DNA from: Tubulanus polymorphus
Lineage: Eukaryota; Animalia; Nemertea
Direction: 5' to 3'
Assembly: GCF_964204645.1 (NCBI RefSeq)
Contig: NC_134027.1
Coordinates: forward strand, 13,424,485-13,488,484
Length of the DNA: 64,000 nt
The translations under genes and the position numbers were made by a program. The notes beneath the pieces were generated by a model, which did no database searches, was not told where the DNA came from, and saw nothing but the letters and a program-made list of their open reading frames with translations. Positions 45,276 to 58,073 of the stretch are shown one piece after another; position 1 is the first letter of the stretch, and the number at the start of each line of letters is the position of its first letter.

Positions 45276-45880
45276 ATTAGAGGTAAAAAAACTCCTAATA
45301 CTAAAGAACAATATTTAAGAAATTTATATTACAACCCTGAGAGTTCGGTTGCTTATTCTTCTACCAAAAATATATGGCGTAAAGTAAAACAAGATAAATT
45401 AGATAAGACAATCCCACACAATTTAGTTAAATATAAAGATATAAATGAATTTATGTTAGAACAACCAACGTACACAACACATAAAAACATTGTTAGAAAA
45501 TATATAAAACTCGTAAAACTATGGTAAGTTATGTAGATCAACAGTGGCAAGGAGATTTAATTGATATGAAAAATGTTAAGAAAGATAATGATGATTATTG
45601 GTGGTTATTGAATATAATTGATATTTTTAGTCGTTATGTATGGAGTTTCCCACTTTATAGAAAAGATGCTGTACAAACATCAAATGTTTTAAGAAAATTT
45701 CTTTCGGTTGATAAACTAAAACCAGAAAAAATACAATTTGATGATGGAAAAGAGTTTGATAATTCACTTGTTCATGAACTCTTAGATAATCATAATATTA
45801 AATATTTTTCAACAAAATCGGATAAAAAAGCAGCAGTTGATGAACGATTTAATAGAACTTTAAGAACAATATTCAAATGA
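45276..45880 (+). pseudogene. Integrase, truncated by internal deletion
   Basis: Nearly identical to 766-1353. At ~45868 it joins sequence equivalent to ~4638 of copy A. Confidence 0.92.
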
Positions 45881-45996
45881 AGCACTCATAATAATAATAA
45901 TAACATGTAACAGATGTTTGACTGTATGATTGTAGTTGTTTATAAAACGACTAAGGTCATTTTGGATTCTAGATATTCATTATTTTTATTTCTTAT

Positions 45997-46321
45997 TTAA
46001 TCAACAATTTCTAAATCATGATGACCGTCTTCATTTTTCCCATGATAGATTATTTTAAATCCTACTAAATCTTTCGTTCCTCTGTACTCAATGAAACCCA
46101 TTTATCAGGTAAAAATACTTTAAATTCTCGCGATGTACTAACATTACAGTAGCTTAAATTTGCTGATACTTTCTCTCCGTATTTAGTTTTTATCTTTTCT
46201 AATTTCAATATTTTATGTTCAATTTCTTCTGTAACATCAATTAACTTTTTTATTTCAAATTGTTTTTTGCTGGTTTAAGTCTGTTATTTATTGTTGCTAA
46301 GAATGCTTTTCTATCTCCCAT
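45997..46321 (-). pseudogene. Terminal small ORF, frameshifted copy of 4761-5087
   Basis: Near-identical DNA to 4761-5087. Confidence 0.88.
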
Positions 46322-46406
46322 TTATTAGGAAAAAAAATTACTTGTGGTGATGAGTGGTGTCTCGTCCTCTCGTCCTCTGATCTGAACCCCTGATATTCCA
46401 ATTACT
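46314..46406 (-). repeat. Right TIR of copy C
   Basis: Reverse complement of 33705-33797. Confidence 0.97.
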
Positions 46407-47813
46407 TATAACAACCCGAAATCGAAGCTCTGAGCAAGCGTTAAATCCGCACAGACTTCGAACAATCCATGAGTTTAAACAGGCCATCGCGAATCGATTT
46501 TGTATAACAACCGCCACTGCAGGCGAAGCGCATACTGCCAAGCGCGCTATAACCGAGTTGCTTAGCAGCGCCGCGGTGCGGAATAGTACGCCGACTCCCC
46601 ATTGATATATTATCCATGATTTTAAGAATTCATCTAAACAACCCAATAAATTAGATAGTGTTTCTGAATGCGCTTCTTTACTGAATAAATGTGATACTTT
46701 TGATCTTAAACATTGATATCTTTCTCTAATATATTCTGTCATATAATCATTATAATGTTCTCTATTATCTTTTTTTCCAATTTCTCATATATTCTGGATT
46801 ATTTGCTCGCCATTGTTTTTTCAATTCTTTACATTTTTCTAGATTATTTGTATAATATTGTTTACTATTTTGATTATGACAGCTTTATCTCGTAAACCAT
46901 CATTACCAATCTTACGTTTATAATAGTCTGTAAATGGCTTACTTTTTGGTTTACCTATGTCAGCGATATGATGTTGGCATTGAGCCAATTCATGTAAAAT
47001 CGCGGTACGTTTTTTTATGTGAGCATTTCTTTTATTGGTTCTCGGCTTAAACGACGTATAATCGATGCGATTGAAGACATGGCGAACCTCCGTCGATGAC
47101 ATGGTCAACTGAGTTAAAATTCTACGAAAAACTGTTTTTGGCGGGAAAATTCTTTGCTCTCGCGTATAAAATTGCAATAACCTCGATTGGGGGCGTCGTC
47201 TCTACGAGCGAATGGGATTGGCTGTTTTTGGGATTTACGGGGAATTCCGGCGCTACTAAAATAATTATGGGAAAGCCGTAGAATGGCGTACGTTTTATTG
47301 GACTAGGTGCCGTATACGTGCGAATTTCAAATGCTCATTGCTGGTGAGGATGTAATTATTTCACACATCCGCCATAGGTATTGTTTCATTTTAATACCCG
47401 GTGATTGTTTCGATTGAAATTGAGGTGTAAGCGAATATTCACTCATACGAGGCCTCCACATGCACGCGGAGTGTTACACTACACACACAAGCTCGTACAG
47501 TACACTACTCAAGGTGATGCTGTAATGCGTCCACCACGTCTGACATGAAAATAGGCTGAATAATCGTAGGAGAAGATGAGCGCTGTGTTTTCTGTTCGAT
47601 AGAATTTGTAATAAATTGTAATTTCTTATGACCTGAAAATACTAAGCAGCAAACTATAAGGTCTGTCGAGGTCTGAATATTGTAGTGGTAAATTCCAGGA
47701 TTTTAAACGATCTAATAGCCGATTTCTTCTGTACCGGTATTTTAGCTTCCGCGACCAAGGAAGACGTTTCCAAGACCTCAGCCACCCTCTGATGTGACAT
47801 CATATGAATTTTA

Positions 47814-48397
47814 GGCCATCCCAAAATATTGCTATATTTGCCGTAACCCGACCGACCCTACTTCAAAGGAACCGAGTGAAAACTTTTTTTTCTGGGATTC
47901 ATTAAAATAAATTTTATTTTTGATAAAAACGGCCGACCGACCGACCCACTGCCGACGTATGAGCTACATATGTTTGAATTCAAGTGTGCATCGTGTAAAA
48001 ACATGCCTTGACATGTGGCCTAGTTTAATTTTTCCAGGAAACTGGCAGTGTTCCAATAAGCTGCCATTCATTCTAATAGTGACTATATTTTAAAGCTGGT
48101 AACGTAAAAGCGCGCTGATATTCAATGTACTGTTTCATTTTTAACACAGAGATGACGCTCTGGACGAAGTTATAATTTTAGAATAATTCTCGAAATCTAG
48201 ACTATTAGACAAATTTCCCGTGCACAACGTAGATGATTTTTTTGCGATATTGTTTCCATGTAAAAAAGCCCAAAGGTGAAAAATGTGTTTTTTTGGCCAA
48301 AGATTTTGCCAAAAAAAATAATTTCTACCTACCTACCGACTCATCCTGAAAAGTTGAGTCGGTGTTACGGCAAACAGACAATTATTTTGGGATGGCC
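47814..48397. mobile_element. PIF/Harbinger-type MITE
   Basis: TIR GGCCATCCCAAAATA / TATTTTGGGATGGCC with further subterminal pairing; TTA on both sides. Confidence 0.85.
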
Positions 48398-48400
48398 TTA

Positions 48401-51400
48401 TTAGGGTTTTCTGTTACATCACAGAAAATCCTATTGATATTCGCGTGTTTCTTATTAGGGTTTCTGCTGCCTTCGCAGAAACCCTATTGTATTCCTGCTG
48501 ATTATTAAAACCCTCTTGTAATTCTGTTGATTGTTATTATTATAATTTACATATTTTCCACTTTTTTCGCACATAAAATACATCTTCTATCAGATTCGAC
48601 AACTAACAGCTTCTAATTGAAATGTAGAATTCTGATAGTAATATAACACGCAGTCGCTCCGAGTAGATTATATCTATGCACTCTCCGTCCTATTTTAAAC
48701 TTAAAATTACTGACTGAAAGATAACACCGGATGAAAGTAGCAATCGCGACTCGCCCTGTCCGGTACTCCCACTAACGATAAAAACAGCGTCCTGTCTTGT
48801 GGCATGGTGGATAAGGTGTTTGACTCCCAACTGAGAGGTCGAGGGTTCGAATCCTAGTGAAACCATGCATTTAGGTAGGGCACGTAGCTGCGCCGGCGCA
48901 TAACAATTTGTTTATTAATGAAAGAACATGGTGGATGGTTGAAATCATTTTCGGCTTAAATTTATCGCGAGTTTTAGGACGAATTTCACGAAACCATGAT
49001 TTCTAAAATGAGTCAATTGATTAATTCTATTCGTAAATCAATTTACGTTGGCTACATTTCCTGAAGATTTCGGGCTCAAATCAACGTGATATGGACAGAA
49101 ATTGTAGGAATTTTCACACGGAATTTTACTTCCGCGTTCAGTTGACGACTCGGATCGATGACAACGTCAGCGGAGTTTATGTATTTTAAGGTGAGAATCC
49201 GTTAACCAGGGAATGTATTAAATGATTTCTTTAATAATATGAGTATGGTAGCAAATGAGTAGGCCTACTCGGTGAAGCAATGATCATTGTTGGCTACTTA
49301 GAATAGATTTAGGCCCTAAATATAATGGGTAGAGCCAGTCAGTGGAATGCCTTAATAGCAGCTAGTTATGGCCTGGTTTACACTGAATGTGCATGACAAT
49401 TTATTGTGATTACTTTCTTTCCAGCTATTATTCATGGAATGAACTGGTCACTACGGTTTTCAATTCCTTTGCGGATTCTTGCAGGAATATTAAACCACAG
49501 TGCGCAAATGTATGTTTCAAATTAGGCTTTTTCGACATTGACAGCCAAAGACGTAACTTAACACTCTAACTGAAGCGCAACTGTCTCAGATGCTGTAAGT
49601 ACTTGACGTTTTGCGTAATTGTTTTTTTGTAATGCAATATTTGGATTAGTCATCAGTCCTGCTAACGTACATGCAGAATTGGATTCATTGTAATTATGGG
49701 ATGATAATTCATGGGCGTCACGAGTCCTCTGACATACCCTTGATATGAAGCTTTTTTAATGTTAATCATTGACTTGTTTTGGAGTAAACTGAATTGCCCT
49801 TAAAATACCAATGCCACGTGGCTTGGTGTCTATGCTCTACGAGACTGTAGTAATAGATTTTCACAACAAACTCATGATTTCAAATAGTCTCCTAAGATAT
49901 CTATATATTATTTCGCTCCTTACCTAAGTAATTCTTACATATGATTGCTTAATTACAGATGGAAAGAGGTCAGATGGCATGAAAATCGACTGTGGCTGAC
50001 TAATTGGCGCGAGTAACCAAAATGCTTCGATCATCAGGGGTAGACAAATTAGCCGAATATGAATGAAAACTTCACCTTGATGATCATCAGTTGATTTTGC
50101 TGCAATTATTTGCCTGGATATATCCTTCATTTCAAAATCTGTCTTCAGTAGAATTTCTTTCAATAAAATATTTTGAAGATTGAATTTGAATTGATCTTAA
50201 AACCAGAGAAAGCATTCAGAAATTTAGAAAATCCTTGACTCATAATCAAATTCTGTGAAGTCAGTTAAGGTCATTTTGGTCCAATCAAGCCCAGGGTTCA
50301 GGTGACTAAAACTCAATTCCTCACTCTCTTATAATGCCGAGTACGACGGAGTTTACACATTGAAACACGTTGGGATGTGTAAGTGTAATTTGGATAAGTC
50401 CACAATATGATGACCGCCCTGCCCCGCTGCATCTGAGACGTCAACAAGTTAGAGTGTATTGCTTCGATGACAAACTGACTCCTACGCAAGATGACCATCC
50501 AATTCAAATGTAAATTAAGAAAGAAAACAACAAAACTAGTTGCGTTGATCAACAAAAATAAATCAATAGTTTATTACAATACTTCAATTTCAAAATAAGG
50601 ATAGGAAAAAAGTGAACAATAAGTGTGTTTGCCATGCGTCTTTAAATATTTCCCAAGAATATGTCTTTGTCTGGCCATCACCTGCCTCGACGTCAGACTT
50701 TTTCGAGATTTTCGCTAAAAATACGAAACAAGACAAAATTGATGGATGGGAATCATACATGCTACATTCACTTTTACTTTAACATTGGAATCAGCTAAGG
50801 CAATTTTCTAGGAGGAAAAATGGAGTCAAATGATGTTTCAAAATCTGGACGGGAAAAGTTTTACAGAATTGTATGGCTAATGGCAAATACATGTTTATAT
50901 TGATAAGGTAAATATCTGTATAAAAGGTTGTATAGCAACTTGAATTGAAGGATTAATGCAATAGGTCTCTTATTCTAAAAGACGAGTGAGCCATACTTAC
51001 TAGATTGGTCATGTGAATCAACATCAAATTTAGAGCTATCATCCATTTTTAGTTTTCAATCAAAGACCAACCTATGAAATAAAGTACATATTTTTCTGAT
51101 AACAACCTGGAATAAATTAAAATAAGTCTGAGGAATTCACTAAATTTCTGTATCGAACCCCTAATAGGGCCTATATAACCTATAGATTGATACTTACATA
51201 CGACAAATTGACGAAGAAACTTCATTTGACAGTATACAAACTCGCGGACAAACTCCCAAAATGAATCATGTCCTATTCACCTAGAATCAAACAAAATACA
51301 ACTAAAAAATTCACAAGACAGATTTCGGTTTCGAATCCTTCAAATAGCTGTTTACTTACATGAAACGAATTATCAAACTACTTCTGCCGACAGCATACCA

Positions 51401-53528
51401 ACTCGCTGACAAACCCCCAAAATGAAACGTGTCATGATAAACATCTGGAATTAAACGTAATAAAGCTACAAAATTTACAAAATGTCGGTTTCGAATCCCT
51501 CAAATAGCCTTACACTTACAAATGATGGATTATCAAACAACTATGAACTCCCACAACGCCACATGTCTTTAATAATCTACAGTGAAAACCTGGAATTAAA
51601 TGAAATAAATCTTAAAATTCCGATTTGAACCCAACGTAGGCCCTCTCTCTACTTGTAGGCTTAAGATCTTGAAATAGGATAAATAATGTTATGATGAGAG
51701 GCATAATGGTTCGGAAAAATTGAATTCAATATGGCTCTTGGCCCGGCAAAGTTTGCTTTTGAAATATCCTTTTGATTAGGCCTAGTTACACATTTTAAAA
51801 GCAAATGACATTTTGCATCAAACTAAAAGCGGCTTTGTTGAGGAAAAGATTCGTTTGAGTCGTAAAATTTATAGCCTAGAACCAATTTCTTCGTCAAAGC
51901 GTGATGCACAATTTTGACTGGGTCTTTTTTCCACGTGGTAGTGGACAGAAAATTTGAATAGGCCTAAATAATAGAATAATCTTTCTTAGGTTTCATGATA
52001 AAGATGCAGCATTAACTTAGATTAATGCTTATCTTTTACAATTAGGCTTATGTTTCAAAGGAAAATGCCCACAGTTGGTCGAACAGGGGTTAGGCATTGA
52101 TGGTAGGTAGAGGGGCTGTGTGTGTGTGCTGAAACAGAGATAAAAATGCACGGGAACGAGTTTGTCGAGTGGAGCTTATTATTCCATGAGGGATAGTGTA
52201 CTATAGTCATATTATATATCAAAATGTTCCTTATTAGTTCCGCTGCATTGCATCGCTAAAAACAAATTGAGGTAGGTTTCCCTGTATTTTTTTACATATT
52301 ACATCACTTACAACGATAAACGTCCGTCGCCGACTGAAAAATTCGGAATGACAAAAACTTCGGCATTGAGAGCGCCACCGCACCAATTCAAATTCAATTA
52401 TATGGATCGGAAACCCTCCAGCGATGCACTCTATGATCTTTAGAACCTGTCTCTGCTGACTGGGAATAAGATATTTCTCAGCGCGAAGGGGGCGGGGCGC
52501 AGCGTCACCAGGTCCCGCTCCGCGAAGAAGCTAGATTTTCAAAGAAATGAGTGCACGCGTACGGGCGTGACCACTTGTTAGTGACGTCATCATGAAGGAT
52601 GGCTCCGAGAATCGCCACATCACAGGTTACTATGAATAAATGGGATTCGACCATTCAAAAGTTCAAAATGTGCTTTCTTGTTTTGTAAAACAAGTTTATT
52701 CATGTCGTTATATAAAGCATTTTGTTTGAAACATTCTTTAATAATGTTTGTTGAGTTTAAAGCCAATTGTCGTTGTGTAATTCGATACTGGTCACTGACA
52801 TCAAAGTTTTAGTTTCTGTTCACATGTTTCGACTTTTAAATATCCAACTTGTATGTTCTATCTTTTAATACAGGCCATGTGATTAATTGCGTATCACTCC
52901 GTTAGTTTAAAAAGAGAGCACATATTTCGATATTGTTAAATAATTAAATACATTTTTTTCTGTCACACGTTGATTTTTACACATCACTTATAAAATTCAA
53001 ATGTACGTGATGTATTATGTAAGCTTGTTCTTAAAAATACACTATGAATTTTCAATTTGTACTGACCATAATAGTTTATTTTTCGTAAATAAAATTTATA
53101 TTTTAATCAAATAATTTCAAAATCTTTTCTATGCCCTCTGCAACAGAAAGTTACTAAGGACTATTACATATTCAGATGTACGTTGATAATTGATTTCAAT
53201 CGTCCCTTGAAATAATTATATGAACATTATTTCGGAAAATGCAGGTGGCGCACAATCATAATACATACAACTCATCAAGCTGACGAGTCGTTTCCGTAAC
53301 CAATGTTACAGACGGGTAACCAATCTAACCAACTCCACAGACAACTAAACGACCCGAGTAACCCCCAATTTGACTATAACTATAAATTATGTTATGTTAA
53401 ACCGCATTGGTGTGACTTGACACATCAAATGCGTATCCCGTATTGATATATTTCTATTATCCACTTTTCGAATTATGAATAGTACGCCTGCTCAGAAAAC
53501 CCGTTATCGCTGCTTTGCAGCTATATTT
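48401..53528 (+). mobile_element. Helentron-associated (DINE/HINE-like) non-autonomous element 1
   Basis: 5' AGGGTTTCTGC..GCAGAAACCCT inverted repeat; 3' AGAAAACCCG subTIR followed by GCTGC-TTT-GCAGC hairpin and TATATTT. Confidence 0.55.
48794..48865 (+). pseudogene. tRNA-derived sequence (Gly-CCC-like pseudogene or SINE head)
   Basis: A box TGGCATGGTGG, CT-CCC-AA loop, B box GGTTCGAATCC; stems imperfect. Confidence 0.65.
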
Positions 53529-53622
53529 AGGGTTTCTACTGCTTTCGCAGAAACCCTATTGTAATTCTGTTGATTATTAGGGTTTCTGCTGCTTTCGCAG
53601 AAACCCTATTGTAATTCTGTTG

Positions 53623-53671
<49 letters not shown>

Positions 53672-55962
53672 GGGTTTCTGCAGCCTTCGCAAAAACCCTA
53701 TTGTATTCCTGCTGATTATTATTATTATTATTATATTCTTTTTCACACTGGATCTTACTGAAGGATAAAAACAACTGCAACTTACTTTCATTGTCGGCGA
53801 AACCATTCTGTATCACAAGTACTATGCTGCATTGACAAATACTGTATATAATATTAATCAGAATGCCACTGTTTACTCACTGTGAGCCTCTAAACATCGA
53901 AATTTAAGCCCGATTCAAACAGTATCCATCTACGTATGTGTATTGCCTACGTGTCTTATTCCCACAGTGCGGCAGTGCGTGTATTTGTGTGCGTATCCGT
54001 ATATGCAGTGATAGACAGCCCTGTTCTAGATCAGTAGTAAAAAGTATTTTTATCACTCTACGAGTCGATTGTTTTGCCGTTGAAATTGGACATTCTCGAG
54101 TGAACGCAACTGAGGAGTTTTTATAGCCTTGTTTGTGCCGCATATACGTACGTACAAGCAATAGCATCCTTGCAGTAACTTTCCTGGATAGAGGAATGCA
54201 GCTACGGTATCTATACGCGAGAGCCTGGATGGCTATATTCTTCTGCTAGCATTACAATATTCCTTGACGGATTTACTTGCAACTTTCGTGAGATGTACGG
54301 ATCACAGGTACCTTGAGGTAAGTCGAAGGGATCTTTGATTGGGGACCCCGTTCACCCACCAGGGGGCGTTTTACTTTTGAAAATTCTGACATCGAAAAGT
54401 TACTGTGTGAGAAAAATTTTTGTCTTTGAGTTTTCAGCTTCGGCCGAGCACGAAAGTTGTTCATAACAGCCTGGAGGCTAAAAAAGTCAATGGAACGCCC
54501 TATCTACGATTAACCGTTTGGGCGCTACGGGCTCGAAAATGGACCCACATATTTTTTAAAGAGATTTTTGCTCCTAGCTCCTTAACCGGTGGAGATAGAA
54601 TTGTGGTTACAACGAGTGACCAGTAGCCCTTGACAAGATGCTTGTATTGATGTATGGTATAACTATGTAACTCATATGGTTCTCCGGTAGCGCCACCTAT
54701 AAGACGCTGGAAAACACATTTTCATCTATATCGACTAAGGGTATCAATGGATTTCTATAAAAATTGATACACATGTACCTGGTTACTAAATGCAACGAAC
54801 CCCTCACATGATTAGTTCCTATCTTAACCACTAGGGGGCGTAAATTTTGAATCGATTTCGGCATCCATTTTTCGTATGTAATGCGGTCTGTTTATAATGA
54901 AAATCACAAAACTTGGTATAAGTACAAAGACATGTGTATAATACAATAATATGTGTAAATATATAGTATTGATGTATGGTATAACTATGTAGCTCATATG
55001 GATCACCAGTAGCGCCTCATATAAGACGCTGGAATACGCATTTTCATCTATATCGACTAAGGTTATCAATGGATTTCTATAAAAATTGATACACATGTAC
55101 CTGGTTACTAAACGAAACGAACCCCACATATGATTAGTTCCCATTTTAACCACTAGAGGGCGTAAATTTTGAAAAATCGATTTCAGCATCCATTTTTCGC
55201 ATTTAATGCGGTCTGTTTATTGTGAAAATCACAAAACTTGGTATAAGTATGAAGGCATGTGTGTAATATTTCCTTCCTGCATAAATAGTTCATACAACTG
55301 CCACCAGGGGACTGTGACAACAACAATTTTTGCTCCTAGGTCCTTAACCGTTGGCGATAGAATCGAGGTTGCAATGTGTGGTTAGCAGCCCTTTTCAAGA
55401 TACTTGAAGTGATGTATGGTTTAAGTAGGTAACTTATATGGTTCTTCAGGAGCGCCACCTACATTTTGCTGGAAATACATTTTTATTCATATCTACTAAG
55501 CGGATAAAGGGATTTCTATAAAAATTGATACACGTATACCTGGATATGAGATACAACGAACCCCTCACATAATAAGTTCCTATTCTAACCAGTAGGGGGC
55601 GTACATTTCGAAAACTCATTCTAACATCCGTTTCCTTACGTGTAATTCAGTCATTTTATGATAGACCTAAACAAAAACCTGGTGTGAGTACAAATACATA
55701 AGTATCGTACGCTAACCACCAAAATTAGTTCATACAACTGCCACTAGGGAATGGTAAAAATACTGTATCTTCGCTATTCTCGATTTCCTCTAAACTTTGT
55801 ACATAAGTACTTTGCGCGTAGTAGCCCTTGTGGGTCAACATATCCATGTCATAAGTTGACCCCTAGGTGGCACTCCTTTCGGTGAAATGTTTGCACGCAC
55901 CCTTGTACGACATTGTATCCAGCAAGGCAGAAACCCGTTATCGCTGCTTTGCAGCTATATTT
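53529..55962 (+). mobile_element. Helentron-associated (DINE/HINE-like) non-autonomous element 2
   Basis: Triplicated 5' hairpin units with (TTA)n; internal ~320-bp tandem repeats; same 3' end GAAACCCGTTATCGCTGCTTTGCAGCTATATTT as at 53496-53528. Confidence 0.65.
54560..55750. repeat. ~320-bp degenerate tandem repeats
   Basis: GATGTATGGTATAACTATGTA at ~54649 and ~54971; GGATTTCTATAAAAATTGATACAC three times. Confidence 0.85.
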
Positions 55963-57340
55963 ATTATTATTTTATGTCACACTATTTTCGCTAAAAGAAC
56001 TAAGGCTTTGTTACCTTGCCACTGTTGTCGATACAATCCGTATGATATCGTTCGGCTCACTGAGATCTACAAATACATCGCGTGTTTTTTCACGAATCAT
56101 CGTTACAAAAGCACTGTCGGGCCGTAAACATCGTTAATTTAGCCCCATTCAATGGGGCGACATGTTTTTCGAGTCGTCATCCCGAAATCAACCCGCAGGC
56201 CGATTGTCACTTCGATTATCAATTCAATTATAAATGAACGAATTTATTGCCGCAGACTTCACATTCAGCCGCGGTCTTCAAACAGTAATTTTAACAATAC
56301 CCCATTTTCCTCATCAAATCATATTACCGATACACAGGAAATTTACTACTTTAGATTTAAAAGCACTGTCGAGCCGTAAACATCGACGAATCGACGTGTG
56401 TCATTACATCGTGGTTCCGGGTATCAGCTGCGAGTTTCTCCTCATCATGAGAATCAAATCGAGTACAAATTAATTTATTACTAGCAGTGATTTGGCTGCT
56501 GGTTTCAAGGAGTTAGTTTAACAATACCTATTTTTCTTTACCAAATTAACCGTGTATTTACTAAGATAAATCATTAGTGTACCGGGGAGTCGTAGGCCTA
56601 AACTAAACACGCCGAAGAGATATAGCGGAGAAAAGCTGTTGTGTCGACGAGGTATCAAAATAAAAGAATATATTACATTATTCGGCCGCGGGCTTCAACC
56701 TCTATATCAATACCATCAATACTCTATATTTCCTACAGTACATACCGATCATTGTCAAATGCACAAGGTATTTACTAAATAACGGTATATAACACACTCC
56801 TATCCGTATGCTGGACTCACACTTAACATTCGGAGTAAGCGTTCGCTGTGGGGGAAAGGAGATCGTTCGCTGTGTCGTTTGAAGTGTTTATCGAGTTTTA
56901 CACGGCTTTCGGCCTACCGGTACTGAGCTTTACTGTCTCAAACAAACACAGTATAATTGTTGCATTTATTAACGAACTCATTGGATTGAACTTCAAAACA
57001 AAATTTACGATATTTAGGAGGGTTGTTATTCAATAGGCCTACAATCAATCTGTCCAGATGTTAGGCCTACGCATATACATAGGCCTACATAGGCTAGTAG
57101 CCTCTACTAGGTTAATGCTAAGTTCACTGTAAAGGAGGAATCAGATTTATTAAAATGCATGTTAATTAGTGATTAACTGGTTCCGACTTGCAACGATCAA
57201 TCACAATTATCAATTTTATTGCAAAAAATGAAGATTTTTTTGAAAATTTCGTCTGAGCAGAAAGCTTTATAAGCCAGACTTTTCATTTGAGTTTTTTCAT
57301 CATAAATGAACCAGGTATTTCATTAATTCCTATTGACTTA

Positions 57341-57637
57341 AGCCGGGCGTAGGTCGGCCTTGCGACGGCTTGTGACTCACTGCGACGCCATTCACTACGA
57401 CCACCATCGACCTACGCTCCCTTTCGACGGGTTGCGACTTTCGGCAACGCCAGTCACAAGGAGTCGCAAGTGTTCTACTTTCTGCGACGCGACACTACTG
57501 TCACAACCAACCTACGCGCTCATGCAACTGGCAGAAACTAGTCGCACCAGTCGCTGACAATCGTATCGCAACTGCACCGAAACTTGCGATGCAACGCGAG
57601 AATCACATCGCGTCACAAGGCCGACCTACGTCCGGCT
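57341..57637. mobile_element. PIF/Harbinger-type MITE
   Basis: TIR AGCCGGGCGTAGGTCGGCCTTG / CAAGGCCGACCTACGTCCGGCT; TTA duplication on both sides. Confidence 0.85.
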
Positions 57638-57659
57638 TTAAGTTACTGCGGAGCCCCAG

Positions 57660-57985
57660 AAATATCTTTTTTTTCGTTCAAAAGACCTTTTGCTTGAAAA
57701 TTCTTTTGTCGGAACAACATTTATTTCGTTCCAACCAATAATATTCTGTTCGATTGAACCAATTTGAAAAAATCGTTAGAACAATGTTGAACAAACTTCT
57801 TTTTGTCGAAACGAAAGGTTTTTCGTTCGAACAATCGTTCGATCGAACAGAATCGTTTTAATTTGAACAGAATTTTCTTGTCAGAACATTAAGTTTTTCG
57901 TTCGAACAAGTATATTGTAAAAAGTTTTTTCTCCGAACCAAAAGTATTAAGCATTTTGTTCAATCGAACAGAATCGTTTTCATTC
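57660..57985. repeat. TTCGAAC/GTTCGA-rich degenerate short repeat array
   Basis: Recurrent TCGTTCGAACA-like units immediately before copy D. Confidence 0.65.
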
Positions 57986-58073
57986 AAACATTAGAAATAG
58001 GGAAAGTGGGCTTTCATACCAGAGTACGAGAGTACTAGCTCTCATCACCACAAGTAATTTTTTTTCCTTATAA

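Larger units (their letters stand above)
33705..46406 (+). mobile_element. Polinton/Maverick copy C, end-to-end, 12.7 kb, with internal deletions
   Basis: 93-bp TIRs with one mismatch, AG..CT termini, and 6-bp TSD TATAAC at 33699-33704 and 46407-46412. Confidence 0.97.

Noticed and set aside
46413-47281. ORFs 46338-46742 and 46839-47177 flanking copy C
   Set aside because: No recognisable motif; the first runs into the TIR. Could be a decayed gene of another element but I cannot support a call.
48794-48865. Functional tRNA-Gly gene
   Set aside because: Acceptor and anticodon stems pair poorly; kept only as a tRNA-derived sequence.
53529-53735. Hairpin repeats with spacers resembling a CRISPR array; poly-Ile ORF
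   Set aside because: Spacers are themselves repeated plus a (TTA)n microsatellite; eukaryotic context with no cas genes; fits a Helentron-type terminus.
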